A stretch of DNA of 61,953 bases from Candidatus Bathyarchaeia archaeon (lineage in GTDB: Archaea > Thermoproteota > Bathyarchaeia > Bathyarchaeales > Bathycorpusculaceae). Positions within the stretch are counted from its first letter, which is position 1, and every line of letters starts with the position of its first letter. This document shows, in pieces, positions 21,501 through 32,515 of this stretch. The position numbers and the translations under genes were made by a program. The notes beneath the pieces were generated by a model. That model made no database searches. It worked only from the letters and a program-made list of their open reading frames with translations, and was not told the origin of the DNA. The stretch covers positions 1 to 61,953 of the forward strand of contig JBMFMB010000007.1 in assembly GCA_049970895.1 (NCBI GenBank), given 5' to 3'.

Positions 21501-23352
21501 CCGCCTATGCTTCACAGACTTCGACGGAAAATTCCGGGCTAGACTAGCAGCCGTTATGCCCCGCTTCTTCGGAGGAGCAGATGAATCAAAACTGGCTGGA
21601 ACAAGCGCACGATATAGTTGCCGAATAAAAGTGGAATACCAAAAAGACTTGATGGGCTTGCTGGAGGAGGGCATGCTTCTAGCCGCAAAAAACTTCAAGC
21701 AGACACTTCTAGGCGAGGAACGCTATACGCTTATGGAGATAAGCCGAGTCTGGCCTGAACACTTTGGCTTGAGAGGCTTGTCTGATCATGGCTATTACCC
21801 AATGCAGTTCGAAATTATCGAGCAGTCCGAGGCTGATTGGCAGACAGACGACCGCTCAACAATGATGATCCAGATAGATGCCATCCCCATAAACTATGAC
21901 TTGGTCATAGGCGAAAACTGCGACTTCAGATTTGTCAAGGGCTTCTCCTACCCGGTGGTTGGCAGTCCAGTCTACATCCTAAACAGCGAAATGATAAACC
22001 GCATGTACAACCAGAAAATAACAGAAAAACTTGGCGTGGACCCATCCAAAACCGTTGAAGACGCAAGGCTCGACCCACGGCTCGGCGTTGTAAAAATGTT
22101 CCAGACAAGCAACACAGTCATCCCAATATATGTGGATTTTGAAAAGCTTGTGCGTTACCATTTCGGCGTTTTCGCCTTCACTGGCGGCGGAAAAAGCAAC
22201 CTAATGTCCAACATTTTAAGACGCATCCTCCTCCACACAAGCGACGTCAAAGTGGTTGTTTTTGATATAAGCTGCGAATACATATTCCTACTGCTTGACT
22301 TGCTTACAGATGAGACGGTTCCAGCTAAAGTCATCCTCGAGCATAGGATAGACTCCATTGAGCAGTTCTTCAACTCCGTTGTTAAGCCAAGGGAGTATGA
22401 GGCTGACGAACGGATAAAGTTCGGGCTGAAACGCATAATGGAGCATGGCAAAGTGGCATTTTACACCAGGCCAAAACAGAAAATTCCAACATATGCCCAA
22501 TTCTTGGAGGAGTTAAATGATCAGAGAAAAGGCGTCACCGACAGACCCCATTATTTGAATGCCATAGATCGGATTCATGACGCTATATTGGATTATATGG
22601 AGAAGCATGGGCTAAGCGAAAACCAGGAGGTAAGCGAAGACTTTGTTAAATACATAGATAGTGTATGCATGGCAACTGTGGAAGAGTTCAAAGTCCACGA
22701 CAAAAGCGGACTATACGGTTGGGCGACAACAAGAAACACGATCCTCGATCAAATAAAGAAACATCAGGAAGAAATAAAAAAGGAGACAGGCGGACTAACA
22801 GCGGAGGAAATAAGGAAACTTCTTGAAGGCGAGACTAGGCTTGTTTGCATTTCCATATCAGACCCAATAACAATAAAAGAGCTGGTGGTAACCCTAACAC
22901 AAGACCTGCTGATTCGAAGAAAACGCATGTTCCAGGTGAAGCCCTACATTCTCCTAGTCTTCGATGAAGCACAAGAATTCATACCAGAACTTTCGGGCGC
23001 GGCTGGCATAGACAAAAAGTGCAGCAAACAGGTGGAGACGCTGCTCCGTCAAGGACGCAAATATGGTTTGGGCGTTTGCATAGCGACACAGCGAATAGCC
23101 TACTTAAACACCAATGCCCTACAACAATTGCACACATACTTTGTTGGAACACTGCCCAGACCGTACGACCGTGCCCTAATCAGCGACACCTTCATGATAG
23201 ACAAGGGCATACTAGAAAAAACCCTAGAATTTGCGCCCGGCGAATGGCTTTTGTCCAGCTATATAGCAACAGGCATAGAAAACGTGCCAATATTCATAAA
23301 AGCCGACAACGCAGAAAAAGAAATAGAAAAATTCCTAAAAAACGCTGTTTAA
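21472..23352 (+). CDS. herA: HerA/FtsK-family ATPase (DUF87)
   Basis: HFGVFAFTGGGKS, VVVFD, LVFDEAQ, RQGRKYG, ATQR. Confidence 0.88.
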   Translation: MKPQGENKFNRLCFTDFDGKFRARLAAVMPRFFGGADESKLAGTSARYSCRIKVEYQKDLMGLLEEGMLLAAKNFKQTLLGEERYTLMEISRVWPEHFGLRGLSDHGYYPMQFEIIEQSEADWQTDDRSTMMIQIDAIPINYDLVIGENCDFRFVKGFSYPVVGSPVYILNSEMINRMYNQKITEKLGVDPSKTVEDARLDPRLGVVKMFQTSNTVIPIYVDFEKLVRYHFGVFAFTGGGKSNLMSNILRRILLHTSDVKVVVFDISCEYIFLLLDLLTDETVPAKVILEHRIDSIEQFFNSVVKPREYEADERIKFGLKRIMEHGKVAFYTRPKQKIPTYAQFLEELNDQRKGVTDRPHYLNAIDRIHDAILDYMEKHGLSENQEVSEDFVKYIDSVCMATVEEFKVHDKSGLYGWATTRNTILDQIKKHQEEIKKETGGLTAEEIRKLLEGETRLVCISISDPITIKELVVTLTQDLLIRRKRMFQVKPYILLVFDEAQEFIPELSGAAGIDKKCSKQVETLLRQGRKYGLGVCIATQRIAYLNTNALQQLHTYFVGTLPRPYDRALISDTFMIDKGILEKTLEFAPGEWLLSSYIATGIENVPIFIKADNAEKEIEKFLKNAV

Positions 23353-24327
23353 AGGCTCTCTACCCATTCCGCATTTTTTGAGGAGTTTTTGCCATCTCAA
23401 GTCTGTTATCCGCTGTATTTCTTCTATCAGCCTTTCATTTTTTGGTGTGAACAAGTGCCTGAAGCGTCCCTGAACCGCCAAATACTCTTTTACTGGCTTT
23501 TTCTTTTGGGGTGCCATGGCTATAACTTTGCTGGGAGCCGAAAGCTGGTATTCACCGTTTATGCACTCCCACAGTGGGAAAACGCATGTTTCCACTGCTA
23601 GGCGGGAAAGCTCTATGGACTTTGATGGGTCGCTTCTCCAACCTCTGGGGCATGGCGCGAAAACGTGGAGGAAGGCTGGTCCCTCCACTTCTAGGCCTTT
23701 GCGCACCTTTATTATTAGGTCCCGCCAGTAGTAGGGCGAAGCCGTAGCCACATATGGAATTTCATGGGCCACCATTATGTCGGCTATTGGCTTTTTGGGT
23801 TCCAACTTGCCTGGTATAACTTCGCCCGCTGGTGACGTTGTTGTGGATGCACCTAGGGGTGTTCCTCCGCTTCTTTGTATGCCAGTGTTCATGTAAGCCT
23901 CATTATCGTATAAAACGAAGAGGAAGTCGTGTCCCCTCTCCACCGCCCCTGAAAGGGCTTGTATGCCAATGTCATATGTGCCTCCGTCTCCGGCTATTGC
24001 GATAACGTCTACATGCTCGTACTTGATTCTTCCCTTCTTCTTCAGCATTTTTATGGCGGCTTCTATCCCAGAGGCGTTTGCGGCGGCATTCTCAAAGGCT
24101 GTGTGGAGCCATGGAACAGCCCAAGAAGTGTATGGGTAAATTGTTGAGACCACTTCCATACAGCCTGTAGCCTGCGTCACAATTGTTGGTCCCCTTAAGG
24201 CTTTCATTATTAGCCTCATGACGGTTGCTGGGGCGCATCCAGCGCATGCTCTATGCCCTGACATGAATAGGTCTGGCTTTTCAGCTATGTCCTTAGCCGT
24301 AAACTTCCATTCACTCTGCATGCCCAT
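23335..24327 (-). CDS. porB: Pyruvate/2-ketoisovalerate:ferredoxin oxidoreductase beta subunit
   Basis: GHRACAGC, ATGC, GDGGTYDIG, DNEAYMNTG. Confidence 0.93.
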   Translation of the reverse strand: MGMQSEWKFTAKDIAEKPDLFMSGHRACAGCAPATVMRLIMKALRGPTIVTQATGCMEVVSTIYPYTSWAVPWLHTAFENAAANASGIEAAIKMLKKKGRIKYEHVDVIAIAGDGGTYDIGIQALSGAVERGHDFLFVLYDNEAYMNTGIQRSGGTPLGASTTTSPAGEVIPGKLEPKKPIADIMVAHEIPYVATASPYYWRDLIIKVRKGLEVEGPAFLHVFAPCPRGWRSDPSKSIELSRLAVETCVFPLWECINGEYQLSAPSKVIAMAPQKKKPVKEYLAVQGRFRHLFTPKNERLIEEIQRITDLRWQKLLKKCGMGREPLNSVF

Positions 24328-24334
24328 TCGCCTC

Positions 24335-25570
24335 CTACTCCCTCAATCCAACATAGTTTATCGGGTTTTCAACACGTTTTTTCGCAAGAATCTCCTGAAG
24401 GTCCTTGTATATCATGCGGATTTGCGTTGGGCTTGTGTCCCTTCCGCCCAATCCATAAATGTAGTTTACAACGAAGGGTTTCTTTTCCAAGTCGTAAAGA
24501 GCGTGGCGAACCTCATGGAAGACTGCCCCGCCGAAACCTCCGAAACTCATGCTTCTATCCATGACGGCTACAGCCCTAACATTTTCAAGAGCCTTCTTTA
24601 TGCCCTCAACTGGCAATGGTCTAAAGGTTCGCATTCGCAACAGTCCCGCCTTAACGCCCTCAGCCCTTAACTCGTCTACGACTGTTTTCACTGTTCCAGC
24701 TGTTGAGCCCAAGCAGACTATGGCTATTTCAGCATCCTCCAGAAAATACGGGTCAAGCAAGCCGTCGCCATAGCTTCTACCGCTGATTCGCGCATATTCG
24801 TCGTGCACTTCTCGGATAACCTTAAGCGCGTTTTTCATGGCTTCCTCCTGCTGTCTCTTAAACTCGAAGTAGTAGTTTGGAAAAGCCAGGGGTCCCATAG
24901 TCATGGGATTTTCTGGATCGAGTTTGAGTGGAGCCATCTTCCCCTCATGGGTTAGCACCATTGGGAATTGGCGTACGCCAACAAACTTTTTCACAACTTC
25001 GTCTGGAAGTACATTAACATTTTCCACGGAGTGGCTTAGTTGGAAGCCGTCTAGGCAGACCATGGCTGGCAAAAGCACGTCTGGGTGTTCAGCTATGCGG
25101 AAAGCTTGAATAATCGAATCGTAGACTTCTTGGGCGTTTTCAGCGTAGATCTGTATCCAACCGCTGTCCCTTTGCGCCATTGTGTCGGACTGGTCACCGT
25201 GGATGTTTATTGGCGCCGATAGGGCTCTGTTGGCTATTGCCATAACAACCGGTGCACGACAGCCAGAAGTCACAAAGAGCATTTCATGCATAAGGGCCAA
25301 ACCAGCAGAAGCAGAAGCCGTAAAAGTTCTAGCCCCAGTGAGGGAGGCTGCAAGACAAGTCGTTAGGGCGCTGTGCTCCGACTCGGTGCAGATGAAGGCT
25401 GTTTCAACCTCACCGTTGGCTACGTACTCGCTGAACCTCTCAACAATTATGGTTTGTGGCGTGATGGGATAAGCAGCCACAACATCCACATCCGACTGCT
25501 TAACAGCGTAGGCAACAGCCTCATCACCGTTTAGGGCTAGGGTTTTCTGCTCAACAATAACGCTTTTCAT
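24335..25570 (-). CDS. porA: Pyruvate/2-ketoisovalerate:ferredoxin oxidoreductase alpha subunit
   Basis: AYPITPQT, ESEHSA, NRALSAP, GLGGRD. Confidence 0.93.
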   Translation of the reverse strand: MKSVIVEQKTLALNGDEAVAYAVKQSDVDVVAAYPITPQTIIVERFSEYVANGEVETAFICTESEHSALTTCLAASLTGARTFTASASAGLALMHEMLFVTSGCRAPVVMAIANRALSAPINIHGDQSDTMAQRDSGWIQIYAENAQEVYDSIIQAFRIAEHPDVLLPAMVCLDGFQLSHSVENVNVLPDEVVKKFVGVRQFPMVLTHEGKMAPLKLDPENPMTMGPLAFPNYYFEFKRQQEEAMKNALKVIREVHDEYARISGRSYGDGLLDPYFLEDAEIAIVCLGSTAGTVKTVVDELRAEGVKAGLLRMRTFRPLPVEGIKKALENVRAVAVMDRSMSFGGFGGAVFHEVRHALYDLEKKPFVVNYIYGLGGRDTSPTQIRMIYKDLQEILAKKRVENPINYVGLRE

Positions 25571-25591
25571 TTTGCACACCTTTTGCACACC

Positions 25592-25870
25592 TCACTCAAG
25601 CCTCATTTCTATGGCTTTCACGGGGCACTCGTTGGCGCATACCCCGCATCCCTTGCAGAAGTTGTAGTCAAACTCTATATCCTCCTTTTCAGGCTTCCAG
25701 TGGATTGCTCCGTCTGGGCAGAAAATGGTGCACAATAAGCATTTGGTGCACTTCTCCAAGTCCCGGACTGGCTTGTAGGTTTTCCAATCTCCAGTTAGGA
25801 ATTCTGTGCTGGATTTCCAGCATACAGCGGCTATGGAAATTTCCCTCCAACCCTTTTCCTCAGCTGTCAT
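25592..25870 (-). CDS. porD: 2-oxoacid:ferredoxin oxidoreductase delta subunit (2x[4Fe-4S])
   Basis: TGDWK motif and two CxxCxxCxxxCP motifs. Confidence 0.92.
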   Translation of the reverse strand: MTAEEKGWREISIAAVCWKSSTEFLTGDWKTYKPVRDLEKCTKCLLCTIFCPDGAIHWKPEKEDIEFDYNFCKGCGVCANECPVKAIEMRLE

Positions 25871-26427
25871 TCTGAACGAACCTCCTCATAGGCTTCCTTA
25901 ATAACTGCGAAGTTCTTCTCGGCGATGTCGCTTCTAAAGCGTTCCTTAACAGTCTTTCCAATACTTTCTAGGCTGACAACGCCGGTGACGCGGGCAACAG
26001 CCCCAAGCATGGCGGTGCTTGTTATTGGCAAACCTAAAATTTTTATGGCGATCTCCGTCGCTGGGACAGTCCAAACTTTCCCCCTATCCTCTTTAAGCAT
26101 TTTCTTAACTTCAGCTGGGCTATCCTTAAAATTAATTATTAGCGCACCGTCTTCGCTTAGCCCTTCGGTGACGGGCACCGTTTTAAGCAATGTTGGATCT
26201 AAGACAACAACAATGTCTGGATTATAAATGGCACAATGTAACCTAATAGGCTCAGTGCTTATCCTTGTAAAAGCTGCGACAGGGGCACCCATCCTTTCTG
26301 GGCCAAACTCTGGAAAAGACTGAATGTATTTCCCCTCGTAAACGGCTGCCCTTGCGAGCAATTCGCTGGCTGTCCAAGCCCCCTGACCGCCTCTACCATG
26401 CCACCTAACTTCCAACAATTTTTTCAA
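25867..26427 (-). CDS. porG: 2-oxoacid:ferredoxin oxidoreductase gamma subunit
   Basis: HGRGGQG, FPEFGPERMGAP. Confidence 0.92.
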   Translation of the reverse strand: MKKLLEVRWHGRGGQGAWTASELLARAAVYEGKYIQSFPEFGPERMGAPVAAFTRISTEPIRLHCAIYNPDIVVVLDPTLLKTVPVTEGLSEDGALIINFKDSPAEVKKMLKEDRGKVWTVPATEIAIKILGLPITSTAMLGAVARVTGVVSLESIGKTVKERFRSDIAEKNFAVIKEAYEEVRSE

Positions 26428-26506
26428 AGCTTAACTCTCCTGTGGCTTCATCAACATTGGAAAAACTTGAATATACATCTTTCTAGTGTAGAAGGCTTTT
26501 TTAGGC

Positions 26507-26860
26507 TTAAGAAATTAAATCTTTTAAAACCTCTTTCACGGGCATTTTGAGAAGCTCCTTAAAACGGTTTAAAACCATTAAACCTCTCTTGGTTGCAGAA
26601 TAGTATTTTATGCGCCTCCTCCCCTTCCTAACCCATTTTCCGGCTATCAGCTTGTTCTCCTCAAGCTCGTATAAGAGCGGGTAAACAACCCCAGAGCGAA
26701 AGCTCCAGCCCGTCAACTTTTTCAACTCCTTTGTGACGCTGTATCCGGACAAGGGTTTTTGGCTTAAAAGCCATAAAATTACAACTCTGCTGAAGCCTCG
26801 TATAGCAGACTTAACCAACTCGCTCTCCAAGTCCATCATTAAAGTCTTCGCCCTTTCCAA
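26507..26860 (-). CDS. PadR family transcriptional regulator
   Basis: ILWLL..KPLSGY, VVYPLLYELE, RRIKYY. Confidence 0.88.
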   Translation of the reverse strand: MERAKTLMMDLESELVKSAIRGFSRVVILWLLSQKPLSGYSVTKELKKLTGWSFRSGVVYPLLYELEENKLIAGKWVRKGRRRIKYYSATKRGLMVLNRFKELLKMPVKEVLKDLIS

Positions 26861-26926
26861 ACGCTAAACATCTTAGGCTTAAATTACATTTAAAGAGAGA
26901 TATAAGTGCTATTGCAAAGCGGAAAG

Positions 26927-26938
26927 TTGATATATCAA
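26927..26938. promoter_or_regulatory. Perfect palindrome TTGATATATCAA between the divergent PadR genes (candidate operator)
   Basis: 12-bp perfect inverted repeat in the intergenic region. Confidence 0.45.
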
Positions 26939-26968
26939 GAATTAAAATATACGCTTTCTGGGAAACCT

Positions 26969-27301
26969 ATGGTAAAAGTCGGTAACATTTTCTTGAGGGG
27001 CTTGGAGAAGCCAATAATCCTTTGGCTTTTGGCCCACAAGCCAAGGCATGGATACGAGTTAATAGTAGAGTTTGGGAGACTTACCGGGAGAAGGCTTAAG
27101 CCAAGCATAGTTTACCCTTTCCTTCACAAACTTGAAAAGGGCGGATTCGCAAGCGCAGAGTGGGTTGTAAAGGGGAGAAAGAGGATAAGGCATTACTCCC
27201 TAACCAAAAGGGGGGAGGATCTCCTCCGTAAAGTTAAAGAAATTTTCAGTAAATCCGTAAAGCATGTTCTCATGGACTTGATTGAGAAAGATGAAAAGTA
27301 G
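26969..27301 (+). CDS. PadR family transcriptional regulator
   Basis: KPRHGYEL, IVYPFLHKLE, RKRIRHYSLT. Confidence 0.88.
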   Translation: MVKVGNIFLRGLEKPIILWLLAHKPRHGYELIVEFGRLTGRRLKPSIVYPFLHKLEKGGFASAEWVVKGRKRIRHYSLTKRGEDLLRKVKEIFSKSVKHVLMDLIEKDEK

Positions 27302-27374
27302 TGTTCTGGTTAAAATTTATGTCAAAATTTAAATGTTTTATTTAACGATATATGTCGATTCGAGGGACCTGAAT

Positions 27375-28844
27375 TTGGCTGACATAATTCTAACGGCTGA
27401 CCGCACCTTGATGAGCGACTACCATCACAACGAGTTTATTGGCTTTGGAACATGCGCCCCTCCAAACGTCATTCCAGACTGGCTTTACAGCTTCCTATTC
27501 TTCCCACCAATAAAGACTAGGAATGGCATTCCAGTAGCTGCACCATACGGGTTAAGGAAGATTGAAGCCCAACTCTTAAGCGAAGGGTTCGATGTTTTAA
27601 CAGTGGACCCAGACCACATTGGGAAATATTTGGACGATGCTAAGGTTTTAGGCATACACGTCATGGACCCTTTTGGGCTTGGTCCAGCATCTAGCACCTT
27701 CGCTTCCATTCTGAAGAAGGAACCCTTCCTCGCACAGCACTTCCGCAATTTGCTTGCCAAACCAGAAATTAGAAGGGCGAAAAAACGCGGGTTAAAAATT
27801 GTTGTTGGGGGCTCCGGCGTTTGGCAGTTCCGTTATAGGGAGAAATTCGTGAAGAATTATGGAATTGACTGCATAATTGACGGGGAAGCCGAGAAAGTTG
27901 TTGGTAAAATTATGAGAGCCGCTATAAACGGTGAGGAGCTTCCCCAATACTATGAAGTTAGCGTCCAAGAAACGCCGAGCCTAGAGGAGATTCCAAACAT
28001 TGTGAATCCGTCCATTAACGGTCTGGTGGAGATTGGACGGGGCTGCTGCAGGGGCTGCAATTTCTGCAGCGTCACCTTAAGACCCCTGAGATGGTACCCT
28101 GTTGAGAAGATCCTTAAAGAAATAGATGTTAACATCAAATCTGGCTACGCTTATAACGCGTGTCTCCATGCGGAGGATGTCATGCTTTACGGTTCAAAGG
28201 ACACCATTCCAAACGATGAAAAAATCATAGAGCTTCATGAAGCTGTCATAAAGAAATGTGATGGCTTCAGCTGGAGCCACTGCTCATTAGCAACAGTTTC
28301 CGTGAAACCAAAACTTTTCGAAAAAGTGGCCCAAATAATACTTCAAAAACAGCCGTGGTGGGGCGCCGAAGTAGGGATAGAAACAGGCTCACCAGAACTT
28401 GCGAAGAAAATAATGCCTGCTAAGGCGCACCCCTTTAAGCCTGAAGAGTGGCCTGACGTTGTCCGCCAAGGAATGGGCCTAATGCATGATAATAAGCTTG
28501 TTCCAGCCTGCACGCTCATCGTTGGCGTGCCAGAAGAAACAGAAGAAGACCTTATTAAGACCATAGAGCTTGTCGAAGACCTCAAACATATAAAAAGCCT
28601 CATTGTGCCTCTCTTCTTCGTCCCGTTAGGAAGGCTAAAAAATGAGGACTGGTTTAAGGAGGCAAAAATGACAAAACTTCATGAAGAACTCCTAATAAAA
28701 TGCCTAAAACATGACTTCTACTGGATAGACGACCTTATAGGCTTATCCTTCGCGGGGAAGTGGTATGCGAAAGCCTTGCGTTTCCTCTACAGAATCTTTG
28801 TAAAAATCATCGAGCGCAAAGCAAAAAAGGAGGGAATTTATTAG
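27375..28844 (+). CDS. B12-binding-domain radical SAM protein
   Basis: APYGLRK, VVGG, EIGRGCCRGCNFC (CxxxCxxC), GIETGS. Confidence 0.88.
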   Translation: MADIILTADRTLMSDYHHNEFIGFGTCAPPNVIPDWLYSFLFFPPIKTRNGIPVAAPYGLRKIEAQLLSEGFDVLTVDPDHIGKYLDDAKVLGIHVMDPFGLGPASSTFASILKKEPFLAQHFRNLLAKPEIRRAKKRGLKIVVGGSGVWQFRYREKFVKNYGIDCIIDGEAEKVVGKIMRAAINGEELPQYYEVSVQETPSLEEIPNIVNPSINGLVEIGRGCCRGCNFCSVTLRPLRWYPVEKILKEIDVNIKSGYAYNACLHAEDVMLYGSKDTIPNDEKIIELHEAVIKKCDGFSWSHCSLATVSVKPKLFEKVAQIILQKQPWWGAEVGIETGSPELAKKIMPAKAHPFKPEEWPDVVRQGMGLMHDNKLVPACTLIVGVPEETEEDLIKTIELVEDLKHIKSLIVPLFFVPLGRLKNEDWFKEAKMTKLHEELLIKCLKHDFYWIDDLIGLSFAGKWYAKALRFLYRIFVKIIERKAKKEGIY

Positions 28845-28901
28845 GCGAATAAACTTAAATACGGCGTTAAAACCAGAACAAAAATGGAGCAAGCCATAAG
28901 T

Positions 28902-28975
28902 GCCGCCGTAGCTCAGAGTGGTAGAGCGGCTGGCTGTTAACCAGTCGGTCGTCGGTTCAAGTCCGACCGGCGGCG
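28902..28975 (+). tRNA. tRNA-Asn(GTT)
   Basis: GCCGCCG...GCTGG-CTGTTAA-CCAGT...GGTTCAAGTCC...CGGCGGCG cloverleaf. Confidence 0.95.
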
Positions 28976-28993
28976 CTTCTAACATTCTTTAAT

Positions 28994-29070
28994 GGGCCGG
29001 TAGTTCAGTTGGTATGAACGCCCGACCCGCACTCGGGAGGTCGCGGGTTCAAATCCCGCCCGGTCCACCA
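28994..29070 (+). tRNA. tRNA-Ala(CGC), CCA encoded, C at position 33
   Basis: GGGCCGG/CCGGTCC acceptor with G3:U70; anticodon arm CCCGA-CCCGCAC-TCGGG. Confidence 0.92.
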
Positions 29071-29080
29071 TTTCGCCGTT

Positions 29081-29593
29081 TTAAGCTTTTAGCTGATTCA
29101 GCAACTCTTCCAGCGCTTTTACAGTGTTTTCAATTTTAGTCTGCATTTTGCTAAGTTTCTCTTGAAGTTCAGCTTTTTCCCGCTTCTCTTTTTCGATTTC
29201 AGCCTTCAACCTCTCGAATTCCTCTTTTAGTGGTGTGGCTTCAGCCTCTTTGACCATGAATGTTAGGACTTTTTCGCCTTTTAGGAGCATTTCGTAGGTT
29301 TCCCTCACAAGCTTTCCAGCTTCAGTCTTCCCTGTTAAGTGGGCTCTTACGGTTTGTTCGCCTCGGCCGAGCTCGTCGGCTATCCTTGGAACGGTCATTC
29401 CGGCTTTTTCCCTTGCTATGGCGCCAGCTGCAACAGCCAGGGAGTCTATCCATGTTATGCGGTCTTTTGGGTCTGCGCTTCTCATTTTTTCGATAACATC
29501 CTTTCGCGAAACTGTTCCTAGGAGGAGGACTGCCTCAAGCTTTTGAATATCTTCTCGCCCTAACGGTTTTAGGGGAACCTCTATTTCGCTCAT
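29081..29593 (-). CDS. KaiC-associated HTH regulatory protein (near-KaiC domain) with C-terminal coiled coil
   Basis: [32 protein letters not shown]...HLTGKTEAG. Confidence 0.8.
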   Translation of the reverse strand: MSEIEVPLKPLGREDIQKLEAVLLLGTVSRKDVIEKMRSADPKDRITWIDSLAVAAGAIAREKAGMTVPRIADELGRGEQTVRAHLTGKTEAGKLVRETYEMLLKGEKVLTFMVKEAEATPLKEEFERLKAEIEKEKREKAELQEKLSKMQTKIENTVKALEELLNQLKA

Positions 29594-30357
29594 GGGCTTT
29601 CACCTCCACCTCCCTCAACAAATCCTCTCGGCGTAACTTTAACAGTTTTATCCGGATATACGATTATTCCTTTGCTTGTTATGTCAAAGGGATGCCTCCT
29701 CATAGAATGCCCCGTCCCACGCATTTTCCAAACAATTATTGAACGTTTAAGCTCTCCTTGAAACTCGTCCAAATCAAGCCTAATAATTCCGTCGGCAGCG
29801 TGCTCAACGCCTGGTCCGCCGAACCCCCGGTCTGTGACGCTTACTTGTGAAATGAGAAAGCCAGTACATCCTAGACCAGCCAAAACCTTTTTAATAAGCA
29901 TCAATGTTGACCTTGCCAACATAGGCTTGGTCATGTAAAGGGTTGAAACAGAGTCTATGACAACTCTTTGTGCATTCAAATCTGTTATGGCTTGCCGTAT
30001 AACATCCAAAAAGTTTGGGACATCATCTGGGTCCTTAACCACGTAGCGTTCCCTCTTCGCCGATTCACCAACACCAGAAGTGAAGGCGTCTACAATTGCA
30101 AACTTCCCCTCCTGCTCATACCTTCTAGGCTCCCAACCAAACCTATCCATGTTAATCCTAACCTGAACGGGATGCTCCTCCAAAGTCACAAGAACGCCGG
30201 GCTCGCCAAGCCTAAAGCCAGCATAAAGAAACTGTTGACCAAAAATAGACTTACCAGTTCCAGGCCCACCAGACAAAAGCACAATATTCCGCCTCGGTAT
30301 CCCACCGTAGAGTATCTCATTCATCCCGGGAATTCCCACATCAACACGATCACTCAT
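29590..30357 (-). CDS. Single-domain KaiC/RecA-family ATPase (PH0284-like)
   Basis: [33 protein letters not shown]. Confidence 0.9.
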   Translation of the reverse strand: MSDRVDVGIPGMNEILYGGIPRRNIVLLSGGPGTGKSIFGQQFLYAGFRLGEPGVLVTLEEHPVQVRINMDRFGWEPRRYEQEGKFAIVDAFTSGVGESAKRERYVVKDPDDVPNFLDVIRQAITDLNAQRVVIDSVSTLYMTKPMLARSTLMLIKKVLAGLGCTGFLISQVSVTDRGFGGPGVEHAADGIIRLDLDEFQGELKRSIIVWKMRGTGHSMRRHPFDITSKGIIVYPDKTVKVTPRGFVEGGGGESP

Positions 30358-30448
30358 AATGAAATCTCCAATTTTGATTGTTTCAGCATTTGTCACTAGC
30401 CAGTTTTAAATATTTTGCAAAGGGGTGTTTTAAATCTTTAAATTTATT

Positions 30449-31732
<1,284 letters not shown>

Positions 31733-31736
<4 letters not shown>

Positions 31737-32131
31737 GTGAAGTTGACGCTACTACCCTCTTTTAGCCATCTATAGATAGTTTTCAAGGGCACGCCCAAAT
31801 TCTCTGATATTTGTTTGGCACTGTATCCTTTGCTCTTTAATTCTTGCATCTGCCTTTTCTTTAGCCTTCTTTCAGCCTTATTGAATCTGGCCTTATTCTC
31901 AAAAATTACACGGTCCTCCTTGCCAAAGAGTGAAAGTGCCAACATGAAAGCTTTAAGGTAATTATATTCCCTATTAATATAGCCTATTAACTTAATGCGA
32001 TAATCTTCAGCAACATATTTTCTTAACTGATTTAGCGCCTCCTCCACCATATCAAAACTTATTGAAGGCCCAAACTCAACCTCAACCATCTTACTTTCAG
32101 ATTTGACCTCAATCGAGTACCTTCTGCTCAT
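31733..32131 (-). CDS. Protein with a C-terminal helix-turn-helix (putative regulator)
   Basis: KGYSAKQISENLGVPLKTIYRWL. Confidence 0.8.
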
Positions 32132-32273
32132 TTTGGTCACCTACATTTTAATACTGCCAAGTGTGCATGCTTATAAATTTTTCTCATTTTGAGATTTCTT
32201 TATAATGCGAAAAGCTTATATGCGCTATTCCCATATTACAAAAATGAAAAAATGAGATTACGAGGTGATCCCA

Positions 32274-32435
32274 ATGATAACAGAAAAAGCACTCAAACTG
32301 AAAATGCTTAGACATAAAGTAACCGATCGCGGGCCTCCAATAATCTTTTCAATCTACGCTCTGCATCAAGTGTTTTACCTGCAAAATAAACGTAAAATTT
32401 TAAAATTCTCGTTCCACAAGTTTTTGTGGCGATGA
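32274..32435 (+). CDS. Short ORF (53 aa) containing an RGPP motif; putative leader peptide
   Basis: GAGGTGA RBS just upstream; MITEKALKLKMLRHKVTDRGPP... Confidence 0.5.
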   Translation: MITEKALKLKMLRHKVTDRGPPIIFSIYALHQVFYLQNKRKILKFSFHKFLWR

Positions 32436-32498
32436 GGATATGCTCCTCCTCTCATGGCTGATACGGGATGAAGAGGGGGCATACATCCGAGCCAAAAA
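32421..32498 (+). ncRNA. Box C/D-like RNA with mutually complementary guide segments
   Basis: TGGC-GATGA...CTGA-TAC-GGGATGA...CCGA-GCCA; the inner arms pair with each other. Confidence 0.5.
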
Positions 32499-32515
32499 TA
32501 TGCAAAACTTGAGAT

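Noticed and set aside
32428-32470. Fluoride (crcB) riboswitch, suggested by GGCGATGAGG...GCTGAT
   Set aside because: The pseudoknot complement after GCTGAT and the CGCC pairing strand are absent, and no same-strand gene follows
32421-32498. TIGR-like tandem box C/D guide array
   Set aside because: Only one unit is present, with no tandem repeats and no Nop-domain gene nearby
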